The notes below the pieces were generated by a model. The model was not told the DNA's origin. It searched no databases and saw only the letters and a list, made by a program, of their open reading frames with translations. From a virus, in the IMG/VR virus record IMGVR_UViG_3300042382_000102, positions 16,336 through 80,335 of that record: a stretch of 64,000 bases of DNA, one strand, 5' to 3'. Of this stretch, positions 1 through 10,125 are shown one piece after another (positions within the stretch are counted from its first letter, which is position 1; every line of letters starts with the position of its first letter). The translations under genes and the position numbers were made by a program.

Positions 1-66
1 ACTTCTTACAGTCAACGGTGCTGTAAAACGAGCAATCACCTCTCCATTTTCATAGATACCATACAT
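1..66 (-). CDS. 5' part of the gene after the tape measure gene (probable distal tail protein), truncated by window edge
   Basis: ATG at 66, 4 nt after the TMP stop; open to the edge (MYGIYENGEVIARFTAPLTVRS); function from position only. Confidence 0.5.
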   Translation of the reverse strand, partial: MYGIYENGEVIARFTAPLTVRS

Positions 67-70
67 AATA

Positions 71-3000
71 TTACCTTAAACCTTTCTCTCTATTGTGGGA
101 GTTAACCCCCTCAGCAATAGATGGGAGCATTCTATAAATTTCCGATTTTGTCTGACGACTAATATCGCCAGTGATATTTAAATTAACTACTTGTTGACCT
201 TGATTAGACATAGCAGAGGCTACTCTAGCTTGTTGTGCTTCGTTTAGAATTACTTCACCTGCGTGAGCAAGAACTGGTGTAGCGGTACCTGAAGAACCAG
301 GAATAACACCACCTGAAGCAAATCCAGGTAAGAAGCTAAAGAATGAACTAAAACCTGAAAGTCCTTTAGTAAAGAAGTCTCCAATACCACTTCCAAATCC
401 TTTTAGTTTATCAAACATGCCTGTAATACCTCCAGTGCCACCTAATAAATCTTGAGCACCTGCAACTATTGAAACATACATTGGTTTTAGAGGAGATTCT
501 CCTACAGTGCCAAATAGATCTACGCCTAGAGATTCACCTAATGATTTACTAATATCTTTAAATAAAAAGTCATTTAATTGACCAGCAAAAGCATCAGTAA
601 CAGTACTAGTAGCAGCATTTAAGAAAGTTTTGCCCCTATCTTTTTCACCAGTAATAGTATTTTTAATTAGGTCTTTACTTGAACCAAGCAATGAAGAACC
701 AATTTGTTTCTTACGATCTTCTTGATCACTAATACCTTGAACGATAGCAAGCTCTTTTTCTAGTACAGCTAATCTCTCTTTATCTAGAGTATTTCCTTGT
801 AGTTTTAAATTGTTTATTTCTTTATTAATATCAGCTATTTTTGTACTTGCAGCTTGAGCTAAACCAAATTCTTTAGGGTCTAATTTTCTTAATAAATCAG
901 TAGGTAGTCCAGTATTAGCACTTATTTGAGAAAATAATTCACCAAATGTTGTTGGTTTAGCTTTAAATTCATCTAGGCTATTTGTAATTGCCTTGATGCT
1001 ATCTTTAGCTTGATTAATTCTCTTTAGACTTTCTTCTGAAAGTGGATCAGCGCCTTTTTCAAGATCAGCTAATTTCTTTTGCTCTGTACCTAAATCAATT
1101 AATAGTTGTTTTACTGTAGTAGCATCTTTTCCAAAACCAGCAATATCAACAATTTTAAAGTCATACTTAGCCTTCTTAAGAATATTAGGTATCTCACCAT
1201 TTACAAGTATATCAAATCTGTCTTTTACTTCTTCAACAGCTTTAAAATTTTCCTGTAATGCTGCTCTATCTAAAATCTTAAACGTATCACCCTCAGTAAC
1301 TATTAGTTTCTTACGAGCATCATCTAGGTTATTAAGTTGTGTCCTAATAGCTTCAAACTTACCCGTGTCAGCATCTGTAAATCCTTGGAAGAATTCTTGA
1401 CCAACAGTAACACCTGTACGACTAGCTAACGATTCTATTTTAGTAACTATATTACGATCTAACGCAGAATCTCTTTGTTTGTTTAATTCCTTAATTTGTC
1501 TATCAAATTCAGCAATCATTCCAACATCAAGGGTTGTTAAACCATTAGGATCATTTCTTCTAGTTAGTAGAAATTTATCTTTTTGATCTTGTAAAGTTCT
1601 TATCTGAGTAGTAAAGCCTTGTGCATCAAGAATATCTTTTGTAGCTAATCCAGAGGTAAATAGTTCATTAATGTCAATCTTTGATCCACTTTTAGAGATA
1701 CTATCAGCAAATATTTCAAGAACATTCTTACCTTTGTCTCTCATAATACTAGCATACTCTGCTTCAGTACCTACAATTCTATCAGAAATTTCTTTAGCTC
1801 TTTTAGGATCACTTGGTAAACCTGTTATATTAGCCGATAAGCTCTTAAGTAAATTTTTGTCGTTAAAGCTTTGGACTAATAACTCAGACGCACGTTTAGA
1901 CTCTGCTGGAGATAACATCAAAGACTTCATTAGATCAGCAGAAAGGTTTGTTTTACCAATTTGGAAACTAAAGTTTTCTGTAAAGTCTCTAACCTGAAAT
2001 TCTTCTTGAATTATCTTCTTAGCTGCGATAGCTTGACGAGCAATAGCCGCCTTATAATTTGGTGGTAATCTTGGATCAGCACTTATAGCATCTGCCTTTT
2101 CAAGTTGTTCTCTAAACTTCTCTAGTCTGGCAGTACCTCTTGCCCCAAAAGCATCAATAAGCTCTCTGTTTAAGTTTACACCCAAACCTGATAAAGATTT
2201 AGATAAACCTTCATTTCCAGTTAGTCTTTCAATTTCTTTATTAAAATCTCTAAGTGCATCTCTACCCATTAAAAAGGCTTTAGCTAATTTTTCAGCATCA
2301 GTTCCTGCTTCTGCCTCGGCTACTTTTGCTTCTTGTAATCTCTTTGTATATACAAATAAAGCGTCTTGTAATACTTTAGCATTATCAGCTCCTGCAAATT
2401 TGAAGAAGTCAGGTACACTAATATTTGTACCAGCTATTTTAAATAAGTTTTCAAGTTTCTTTTTAAGAGACCCTGCAGCTTTAGATTGTTCTAACTCAAA
2501 GTTTAGATTTTCAACCTTAGCATCAATCTGAACTTGAATAGCTAATGCTTCATCACTACCTTTAGCTTTTTCGCTTAATTGTTTAAATAATGCTTCTAAC
2601 TCATTTGTAAGTGCATTGACTTGAGCAGGATTATCAAAACCAAATAAATCTTTTAACTCTACCTTAATACCTGCGCCTACTTGGAATTTCTCTAATCCAG
2701 CTAATGCTTTCTGTGCATCACCTAATGATGTTTTATATTTGTCAACAGCGGCACGTTCTTCAGCCAGTTTCTTAAACTCAGTACTTAATTTATTAACTTG
2801 TTTTCGAGCAAGCTCTAGTTCTAACTCTGATCTTTTAAATCCACCAAATAGTCTTGAGAATATTCCACTAAATCCAGTTAGATTACCAATAGCATTATTA
2901 AGTCTATTAAATGCCATTACTGACATTTGTATTTCTTCTGGCTTTAGATATTTGTCAATCTCTTTAAATACATCTACATTAGAAGAAAGTTCTTTGTTTA

Positions 3001-6000
3001 CGTCTCTAGCACGAGAATCATTAAACTTACTAAACTTATCAATTATCTTTTCAAAAGGTAATACAAAGTTCTCAATAGAAAAGCTTGAAAAGAATGGTAC
3101 TTGTCTATTTAAATCTCTATTCATAAATGCGAATAAAGAACCTGCTTGAATTTCAGCAGCTTTCATAGAGGTAGCTAAATCATCCATGCTACTATTAAAT
3201 GCGTACTTATCAGCCTTCTTATCAAATAAATCTCTAAGTTTCTGTAGGTCTGCTGTAGTTTCAGCTGTAACAGAACCTAAGTCTTCTTCTTCTTCTTTGG
3301 CTCTCTTAATAACTTCAGAGAGTCTAGTAGCTAAACTATTTAATGATTTAGATTGACCTTCGGTTAATTTACTATAGTTAATACCACTAATTTTTCCTGA
3401 GAAATCTAATGCTTGACCACCTAATTCAGACTTAGGTAATAATGCCTCTAATTGCTTTTGACCAGATGGTTTCATACGGAATAACTTTGCAAGCTTCTCA
3501 ATGACATCATCAAGTTTAGCCATGAAGCCATCACCTTCACCAAATAACCATATTGCAATAGCACCAATACCAAGAGTAGCTACAATAGTAATAATGCCTG
3601 CTACTGATGTGACTATAAGAGCAATACCCTTAATAACAACTCCTATAGCATATATTATACTACCTACTACACCACCTAGAATACCACCTATAACTAAAAT
3701 ACCACTCATTAACGCTTTAAGACCAGCTGCTGTTTTAGCAAAGAAACCTATCCATCCACCAGTAAGTAATTGTAAAGAACCTGCAAGTACTCCAGTTGCA
3801 ATACCTGCATAATTGATAGCCATACCTACACCCCAAAGGGCTTTGAGTCCAGCATTACCCATAATACTAAAGGCAGTAACTACATTCTTAAGTGCTCCAC
3901 CAAAGAATGCCCAACCAGCTGGTGGTAGTAACAAAGCATAAATACCATAGTCACCTACAAAGGAAAGGATAGAATCAAATATATTAGAGGTAATACTAGT
4001 TGTCTCAGCTTGAGCGGCATTTGCTGCACCAGTAAACAATGCAAAGATAGAAATTAAAGCACCAGCAATAAATCCCTTTTTACCTTTAAATAGTTTACCA
4101 AGTAAGCCTTCAGGTCCAGCCATTCCTTCAACATCTACATTCATCTTATTTAAAACAGATTTAATGTTATCTGTATAAACTTTAGCTCTTAACGCTGGAT
4201 CAACTCCTTCTTTACCAAGAAGAGAAGTATCAAGTAAACTTTTACTCTTACCAAGATCTTTGAGCTTATCTGCGGCTTTAGAAACAGTTTCTTTAATAGT
4301 ACTAGAGGCAGATTTTACTTTTTCATCTACCTTTTTCTTTATTGAATCCCCTTCTTCTTTACCGAATAGGAAATCTGTAATACTTATTTTACCTTTAGTG
4401 TAGTCTTCTCTATTTTGACCGTTATTAATATTGCCAAGAACTTTACCTACAATGTCTTTTACTTTATTAATCTTGCTAGTTATTTCACTAGCTTTGATAT
4501 CTCCAAATAAACTAGTAAATAATTTTGTTTTGGATATAGTAGCTGCTGCTGCTAAGGATTGCGTAATAAAGAATTTAAACACAGATGCGAGAGAATCTTT
4601 AATAAGTTTACCTGCAACATCCTCACCGAGCATTGCAAGAGTAACTAATGGAATGCCAGCAGCCAAAGCTACGGCCATGCTAACATGATCTGAGAATCCA
4701 GAGAATATTAGAGATACACCTGCAACTAAATACTTAAAGTTAGCGCCTAATAGGGCTTGACCTAATAATCCACCACTGTTTGCACTAGAGCCTGCTGATC
4801 CAGCAACAAAAGCTAAAAAGCCGCTTACAAATTCTTTAACAACAGATACTTTACTAAGTATAGTAGCAATACCTGCTCCAACTAAAATAGTACCTAGTAA
4901 GCCTGAATCCCCTACACTAAAGAAAGAGAAAAGACTAGAGATAGCAGAGCCAATAATACCAAACTGTTCTAGGAATGCTTTTCCAAATGCATCAGCAAAT
5001 GTTACTAATTGACCTAGTAATTCAGGAATAGCTTCTATAGCTTCTCTTAGATAGAACCCAATAATAGATCCTGCAGTTTCACCAATTTCTTTAAATATAT
5101 TAGCGTCAAATGCTTCGTATAATGCTTCTCCTATTTTTGGGATTAATGCTGCTTTGATTAATATTGCAGCACCCGAAAAGAATGCGGCAAATGTAGCAGG
5201 AGCTACTAATGCAACAATAGCAGCTAATACAAACACATCGGCAATATTCTTGAATACTGCGCCAAGTTCTTTGAGTGGTAGGCTAGAGATCATTTCCCTA
5301 ACATCTATCTTTTCTATCTTAAGCTTTACTTTAGCTACAGTATCTTTTAGAGTATCTTTAACAGTACTACCAATGCTACTGTTACCAATTGTATCTCTTG
5401 TGTCTAATCCTTTTGCTGTAATTTTAGTAAAAAGATCTTTAGTACTATTTTTCAAATCAGAGAAAGAAGCTTTAACTTTCTTTGTAAATGCGTCTATCTT
5501 TGTTGTGCCTTCTGTGTATAACTTATCAGCCCAACGTAATACACCATCAACCATATCTGGCCAGTAAGAATTACCTACTACTTTATCGTATATATCAAAA
5601 AAGTAACCCTTAATTTTAGTAGCAAAGTCTCGTATAAAACCTTCTACTTTACTTAACTTGGTAAAAATACTATCTTCAATTTTGCTACTCATATAAAGCA
5701 TATAGCCTACAATAGCAATAACAGTATTTTCGATAACAGCTCTTACTTCTGCAAATGCAGTAACAAATCCGTATAATGAGCCAATTGCTACGTCTAGGCC
5801 TAGCAAGTTAGACACTAGTAATTTGAGACCAGCAACACCTTTGACTTGGAGTATAGCGAATGTTTCCAATAGACTAGGGTTTAAACCAAGTAAACTCCTA
5901 GTAAGATAGATTAAATTAGTTGTAAATTCTGCAATATAAGTTAACGAGAGTACTACTGCAGGTGCAAAGAATCTCTGAATAGTATAGCTTAAGATCTGTA

Positions 6001-7387
6001 ATGATTGTAGACCTAATTCAAGAAACCTATCAAAACGTATATTAGAAAATTCAATAAGTGGATTACTAGCAATACCTAATGCAGCACCAAATGTTTTTAG
6101 TACAGCTACACCTTGATAAAGAGGAGTTACAAAGAAGTCTCTAAATCCTACTGAGAAAGCTAAGAATCCAAAGAAATTATTTGGATCTAAACCCTTTGCA
6201 AGTTTATTTATATTACTTGTAAATTCTACTACTGATTTTGAATTAAAAATATCACCAATAGTTCTTGAAGTTCTAGTATCACCAAAGGCTACGAATAGAC
6301 CTAATTGCTCGACTACACCTCTAACTAATTTTCTAAATTCAAATACACTATCATAAAAGGCTAAGAAAGAGATTCTTAGTCTTTCAAAGAAAAATGAGTT
6401 TGCCAACACTGTTAATGGCGTTGTAAATGTACGAATAACAGGTACAATAGCACTAATGTTTCTACCTACGGCAGAGAATAAATTTCCAAAAGCATTAATA
6501 ACTAATTTTGCATCTCTAACTGTTTGACCAAATCTTGAACTTAAAATAGTAAAGTATACATCAGCAACTTCTGCTAAATTTGTTATGTATATTGAAATTC
6601 TATTTATGTTTCCACCAAGTATTTGTGAAAGTCCACTTGATTTAGATATCTCAGATAACAAAAGATTTACGGAATCTTTTAGTCTAATAATTGATTGTTC
6701 AAAAGTAGGAGCTAGTGTTTCAAATTCACTATTTAATTTATCTGTTTGACTTAGTAATGCTTTAAATACTACATCACTTGTTAATCTACCCTCTTCAGCT
6801 AGCTTTCTTAGTTCTCCAATAGAAGAACCAATTCCATCAGCAATAGCCTGTGCAATTCTAGGGGTTTGTTCTAGAACTGAGTTTAATTCCTCGCCACGTA
6901 ATTGTCCAGAAGCAAGACCTTGCCCTAACTGAATTAAAGCGGCTCTTGCAGACTCACCAGCAGTACCAGAAATAGTAACTGCCTTTTGTACGTTCTCAGT
7001 AGCTTGTAATAGTTGTTTTGTAGATGCACCTGCATTCTTTAATGAAGAACCAAATTTATTAAATACACCTACTGTACCTTCCAATGAGCTTCTAGTCTTT
7101 ACCGATAGAGCCAATAACTGGGATTGTACAACAACTAATTCTTTAGTCCTACCTACAACTAGAGCAATTCTATTCTCTAAATTTGTGAAGGTATCTGAAG
7201 CTCTAGTAATACTGTTAACTGCACCGAATGCAGCAAATGCAGCTGTAACACTAGTTGCAAGACCAGCTAATGTTCTAGTAGCGGAAGTCGTTGTCTTTTC
7301 TATTTTACCTACTGATGTAGAAAGTTTGTCTAAGTCCCTTTGTGCTTGTGACGAGTCAGACGTGACTTTCAATGCGATATCTGACAT
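71..7387 (-). CDS. Tail tape measure protein
   Basis: 2438 aa; N-terminal tape-measure domain (ALIQLGQGLASGQLRGEELNSVLEQTP), hydrophobic and coiled-coil middle, C-terminal FASGGVIPG...HAGEVILN; follows tail chaperones. Confidence 0.93.
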   Translation of the reverse strand: MSDIALKVTSDSSQAQRDLDKLSTSVGKIEKTTTSATRTLAGLATSVTAAFAAFGAVNSITRASDTFTNLENRIALVVGRTKELVVVQSQLLALSVKTRSSLEGTVGVFNKFGSSLKNAGASTKQLLQATENVQKAVTISGTAGESARAALIQLGQGLASGQLRGEELNSVLEQTPRIAQAIADGIGSSIGELRKLAEEGRLTSDVVFKALLSQTDKLNSEFETLAPTFEQSIIRLKDSVNLLLSEISKSSGLSQILGGNINRISIYITNLAEVADVYFTILSSRFGQTVRDAKLVINAFGNLFSAVGRNISAIVPVIRTFTTPLTVLANSFFFERLRISFLAFYDSVFEFRKLVRGVVEQLGLFVAFGDTRTSRTIGDIFNSKSVVEFTSNINKLAKGLDPNNFFGFLAFSVGFRDFFVTPLYQGVAVLKTFGAALGIASNPLIEFSNIRFDRFLELGLQSLQILSYTIQRFFAPAVVLSLTYIAEFTTNLIYLTRSLLGLNPSLLETFAILQVKGVAGLKLLVSNLLGLDVAIGSLYGFVTAFAEVRAVIENTVIAIVGYMLYMSSKIEDSIFTKLSKVEGFIRDFATKIKGYFFDIYDKVVGNSYWPDMVDGVLRWADKLYTEGTTKIDAFTKKVKASFSDLKNSTKDLFTKITAKGLDTRDTIGNSSIGSTVKDTLKDTVAKVKLKIEKIDVREMISSLPLKELGAVFKNIADVFVLAAIVALVAPATFAAFFSGAAILIKAALIPKIGEALYEAFDANIFKEIGETAGSIIGFYLREAIEAIPELLGQLVTFADAFGKAFLEQFGIIGSAISSLFSFFSVGDSGLLGTILVGAGIATILSKVSVVKEFVSGFLAFVAGSAGSSANSGGLLGQALLGANFKYLVAGVSLIFSGFSDHVSMAVALAAGIPLVTLAMLGEDVAGKLIKDSLASVFKFFITQSLAAAATISKTKLFTSLFGDIKASEITSKINKVKDIVGKVLGNINNGQNREDYTKGKISITDFLFGKEEGDSIKKKVDEKVKSASSTIKETVSKAADKLKDLGKSKSLLDTSLLGKEGVDPALRAKVYTDNIKSVLNKMNVDVEGMAGPEGLLGKLFKGKKGFIAGALISIFALFTGAANAAQAETTSITSNIFDSILSFVGDYGIYALLLPPAGWAFFGGALKNVVTAFSIMGNAGLKALWGVGMAINYAGIATGVLAGSLQLLTGGWIGFFAKTAAGLKALMSGILVIGGILGGVVGSIIYAIGVVIKGIALIVTSVAGIITIVATLGIGAIAIWLFGEGDGFMAKLDDVIEKLAKLFRMKPSGQKQLEALLPKSELGGQALDFSGKISGINYSKLTEGQSKSLNSLATRLSEVIKRAKEEEEDLGSVTAETTADLQKLRDLFDKKADKYAFNSSMDDLATSMKAAEIQAGSLFAFMNRDLNRQVPFFSSFSIENFVLPFEKIIDKFSKFNDSRARDVNKELSSNVDVFKEIDKYLKPEEIQMSVMAFNRLNNAIGNLTGFSGIFSRLFGGFKRSELELELARKQVNKLSTEFKKLAEERAAVDKYKTSLGDAQKALAGLEKFQVGAGIKVELKDLFGFDNPAQVNALTNELEALFKQLSEKAKGSDEALAIQVQIDAKVENLNFELEQSKAAGSLKKKLENLFKIAGTNISVPDFFKFAGADNAKVLQDALFVYTKRLQEAKVAEAEAGTDAEKLAKAFLMGRDALRDFNKEIERLTGNEGLSKSLSGLGVNLNRELIDAFGARGTARLEKFREQLEKADAISADPRLPPNYKAAIARQAIAAKKIIQEEFQVRDFTENFSFQIGKTNLSADLMKSLMLSPAESKRASELLVQSFNDKNLLKSLSANITGLPSDPKRAKEISDRIVGTEAEYASIMRDKGKNVLEIFADSISKSGSKIDINELFTSGLATKDILDAQGFTTQIRTLQDQKDKFLLTRRNDPNGLTTLDVGMIAEFDRQIKELNKQRDSALDRNIVTKIESLASRTGVTVGQEFFQGFTDADTGKFEAIRTQLNNLDDARKKLIVTEGDTFKILDRAALQENFKAVEEVKDRFDILVNGEIPNILKKAKYDFKIVDIAGFGKDATTVKQLLIDLGTEQKKLADLEKGADPLSEESLKRINQAKDSIKAITNSLDEFKAKPTTFGELFSQISANTGLPTDLLRKLDPKEFGLAQAASTKIADINKEINNLKLQGNTLDKERLAVLEKELAIVQGISDQEDRKKQIGSSLLGSSKDLIKNTITGEKDRGKTFLNAATSTVTDAFAGQLNDFLFKDISKSLGESLGVDLFGTVGESPLKPMYVSIVAGAQDLLGGTGGITGMFDKLKGFGSGIGDFFTKGLSGFSSFFSFLPGFASGGVIPGSSGTATPVLAHAGEVILNEAQQARVASAMSNQGQQVVNLNITGDISRQTKSEIYRMLPSIAEGVNSHNREKGLR

Positions 7388-7398
7388 AAAATCTCCTT

Positions 7399-7454
7399 AA
7401 AAAAATGCCCTAAGATATATCACGAATAGTGTGATGCATCAAAGGGCAAAAAAA
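7399..7454 (-). terminator. Intrinsic terminator-like hairpin just upstream of the TMP gene
   Basis: Minus strand TGCCCT-TT-GATGCATCAC-loop-GTGATATATC-TT-AGGGCA followed by T7. Confidence 0.6.
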
Positions 7455-7841
7455 TTATATTATAGTGGGTTCGAAACCACTTTTCATTAAAGTTTGTTCA
7501 ATGAAATATGATGGTGCCTGTTTCGACCATCCAGCATTTAAATATGTAATATACTCAGCATCATTATTAATATAATGACTACTTTCGGTTAAGCTAATCA
7601 AAAATTTATTTGATAGTGAAAAGGAGATTTTGAATGACTCTTGTTTATAAGAAGTCCATCTACTTGCAGCATATCCTGTATCTTTTGGAGTAACTCTTTT
7701 GAGTTCTTCTATAGCAGTTTCAACAGCATTATCTATTATCTTGTTAGTTGAATCTTCTAATGCATTTGATATCTTTTTATCTAATGCCTTATTGACATTA
7801 AGTTTAATTTTTATCAATTGTAACCTCCCATGGGATACCAT
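7455..7841 (-). CDS. HK97 gp10-like tail completion/neck protein
   Basis: TPKDTGYAASRW and NDAEYITYLNAGWSKQAP motifs; true start probably near 7820. Confidence 0.7.
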   Translation of the reverse strand: MVSHGRLQLIKIKLNVNKALDKKISNALEDSTNKIIDNAVETAIEELKRVTPKDTGYAASRWTSYKQESFKISFSLSNKFLISLTESSHYINNDAEYITYLNAGWSKQAPSYFIEQTLMKSGFEPTII

Positions 7842-8142
7842 TATCTGCTGCAGCCATTTGAAGTTTATTCAATAATCCTGAGCTAATAATAGAATTTGCA
7901 AGTCTACTCTCATCTTCATTATTAGCTCTTTTAATAGCAGCTAATGAAGCAAATAGTCTCTCGGGTTTTTCTTTAACCCCTTGTGCCTGTAATAACATAT
8001 AAGTACGCTGGTCATCTTGCCAACCAACAGGTCTCTCTCTAAAATATTCGAACCAACCTAATAGTTCTTCATAGGGCATTTCTTTAAGTAGTCTATAAAC
8101 TGGCATATGTAGTTTAAATGCCAAGTCATAGACTTCTATCAT
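7804..8142 (-). CDS. Tail assembly chaperone, frameshift extension (gpT part of G-T)
   Basis: LAFKLHMPVYRLLKEMPYEELLGWFEYF motif; in the -1 frame of the upstream ORF after slippery GGGAAAC. Confidence 0.8.
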   Translation of the reverse strand: MIEVYDLAFKLHMPVYRLLKEMPYEELLGWFEYFRERPVGWQDDQRTYMLLQAQGVKEKPERLFASLAAIKRANNEDESRLANSIISSGLLNKLQMAAADNGIPWEVTIDKN

Positions 8143-8156
8143 TTCCTTATCTAATG

Positions 8157-8453
8157 TTATTTGCCCTGATTCACGTTTCCCAATCCAGAGAATGTGAGTA
8201 CTTCATTAGACAGACGAGATAGCTCATCGACAGGAAATGCACTGAAATCTTCAGTTGATAACTGATCTGCTCCATCAACGGAACAACCAATCACATACTG
8301 TAATAGTTGGATACTTGCATTTTCATCTTCTCCAACAGCTTTTGACTTTTCTTGAATCTCCATAACTTGAGATACAGAAAGCTTCTTAATTGTAACGTCT
8401 TCACCCATAAATTTGGTTTTCTTAGACATTACTTTTCCAACGAGATGTTTCAT
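8157..8453 (-). CDS. Tail assembly chaperone (gpG-like)
   Basis: Start MKHLVGK with AAGGA RBS; between major tail and TMP genes; ends with G GGA AAC slippery site. Confidence 0.8.
   Translation of the reverse strand: MKHLVGKVMSKKTKFMGEDVTIKKLSVSQVMEIQEKSKAVGEDENASIQLLQYVIGCSVDGADQLSTEDFSAFPVDELSRLSNEVLTFSGLGNVNQGK
8175..8181 (-). promoter_or_regulatory. Programmed -1 ribosomal frameshift site GGGAAAC
   Basis: In-frame G GGA AAC; the -1 frame reads RESGQITLDKE-MIEVY without a stop into ORF 7804..8142. Confidence 0.85.
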
Positions 8454-8469
8454 TTTATATTCCTTACTT

Positions 8470-8715
8470 TTATTTACTATCATTAAATAACTGTTTGTTA
8501 TTTTCTTGGAAGTCATCGAGTACTTTACGTACTGTATGTAACACAGATAATGTTTCCATGATCTCTCTACCTACTTCACTATTCTTGTCAAAATCTTGAA
8601 ATCTTTCAAATGATTTACGAATACTAATATCAACACTACGTCTCATATGACGAAATGTAGTCTTCATAACAAATGATTTACTGAATGGTGGTTTATCTTG
8701 ATTGTTATCAATCAT
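8470..8715 (-). CDS. Hypothetical protein (81 aa) directly behind a phage promoter
   Basis: AAGGA RBS; ORF fills the gap between major tail and chaperone genes. Confidence 0.7.
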   Translation of the reverse strand: MIDNNQDKPPFSKSFVMKTTFRHMRRSVDISIRKSFERFQDFDKNSEVGREIMETLSVLHTVRKVLDDFQENNKQLFNDSK

Positions 8716-8762
8716 AATTATCCTTAATATATACTATAAATACAACCAAGGGGAGCCTCAGA

Positions 8763-8787
8763 TCTCTCTTTAGCGTCCCCTGGTAAA
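8763..8787 (-). promoter_or_regulatory. Phage single-subunit RNAP promoter (SP6-like), copy 1
   Basis: TTTACCAGGGGACGCTAAAGAGAGA; one of four intergenic copies; predicted +1 G at 8768. Confidence 0.8.
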
Positions 8788-8814
8788 TGGACTAGAAACT
8801 AGCCCAAATTGTCA

Positions 8815-9366
8815 TTAGACGAGACCAACAGTCGCAGGACCGAAGAAGCCGCCTTGTGAAGACAATGTTAGTGTAGCTTGGTTAGCATCTGTTAACTGTG
8901 GGCTAACTAATAGAGCTTCGATTTTACCAACGAAGTAGAAGTTAGAGTTGTCAACAGAACCTAGACCAGTAGAACCTGCAGTGGTGCTTAGACCAGCTGG
9001 TTTAGCATTTAGCATAGAAAACTGGAAAGCATAAATCTTACCATTACCTACTAAAGCACCTAATGCTGAGGATGGTGCCCAGTCAGCAGGAATGTAGTTT
9101 AGAGTAATTTCTAAGTTAGGTGAATCAGACTGGCCTTGAATTTGGCTAGAAGTCTTTTGACCATAAACAGGTACGTTAACGATGTTAGCTGGTGTACCGA
9201 TTTGTGGGAATTCACGGACGTTCTTAATTTCAGTGAAAGAACCAGTAGTAGCAAACTTAGCTACTAGTTCTGCTAATGTATCTACAGTTGTGAGATCAGT
9301 AATCTCAGTTGTATTTACGGCCATTGCTGAGAAAATACCAGCTCCGATTGATGTAATATGTGCCAT
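8815..9366 (-). CDS. Major tail (tube) protein
   Basis: 183 aa; EIKNVREFPQIG...QIQGQSDSPNLEITLNY siphophage tube-like motif; position. Confidence 0.8.
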   Translation of the reverse strand: MAHITSIGAGIFSAMAVNTTEITDLTTVDTLAELVAKFATTGSFTEIKNVREFPQIGTPANIVNVPVYGQKTSSQIQGQSDSPNLEITLNYIPADWAPSSALGALVGNGKIYAFQFSMLNAKPAGLSTTAGSTGLGSVDNSNFYFVGKIEALLVSPQLTDANQATLTLSSQGGFFGPATVGLV

Positions 9367-9371
9367 GTGTT

Positions 9372-9779
9372 TTAATCTCCATAAGCTTTAAAATTTATTG
9401 AATAATCACCACGATAAAGAGATTTATCTGCGGGATCAAGGCCAAGCTTCATTACTGTGCTTGCGCCAAATTGGGTTCCATTTGTCAAAGTCTTACCTTG
9501 AAATAAGGAATCTATAGTATCAGCAATAGTGAACAATTCTGCATCACCATTACCTGCCTTGACAAAGATTGATAGTATTAACATACCTGAGAATTTTTTC
9601 TTAAACCCATGAGCATCAACAGTGCCTCTTCCTGGTAGAATACTAATTCTAATAAAAGAAGTAGTAGTATCTATTGTTCCACTATAGTTGGCAGGATAAG
9701 CTTTGTATCCAGTTGTTGTCCATGCGCTTGAAGCGAATAAACCATATATGTCTGACTTTAATTTACTATACATACTCAT
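9372..9779 (-). CDS. Tail terminator-like protein
   Basis: 135 aa immediately before the major tail gene; GMLILSIFVKAGNG pattern. Confidence 0.6.
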   Translation of the reverse strand: MSMYSKLKSDIYGLFASSAWTTTGYKAYPANYSGTIDTTTSFIRISILPGRGTVDAHGFKKKFSGMLILSIFVKAGNGDAELFTIADTIDSLFQGKTLTNGTQFGASTVMKLGLDPADKSLYRGDYSINFKAYGD

Positions 9780-9780
9780 A

Positions 9781-10125
9781 TTATACTCCTGCTAATGAGA
9801 GTACAACAACAAACTCATCTTTTGAAATAACGTTACAACCATATTCTACATTATCAACGGTTACCCGTGAATAGCTATCGAAGTTAATTGCAGGATTACT
9901 TTTAATTGTGAGTGAAGTTGTAGTAACAGGAATACCAGACTCAAAGGACTTACTAGTACCTAAAAAGCCTTGAGCGGTGTATGTCTGATCCGTTTTTACA
10001 ATCGAACCAGTAGCAAAATTAAATCCACTGACGATCTTGTTGTCAAAAGTAGCAGTAACCGAAAGATCCTTTAATTTTTCAAAGGCAGTATCCACGGATT
10101 TTTGTACTTTTGATTTGAGGGACAT
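9781..10125 (-). CDS. Head closure / head-tail joining protein
   Basis: 114 aa, beta-rich; position between adaptor and terminator. Confidence 0.55.
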   Translation of the reverse strand: MSLKSKVQKSVDTAFEKLKDLSVTATFDNKIVSGFNFATGSIVKTDQTYTAQGFLGTSKSFESGIPVTTTSLTIKSNPAINFDSYSRVTVDNVEYGCNVISKDEFVVVLSLAGV

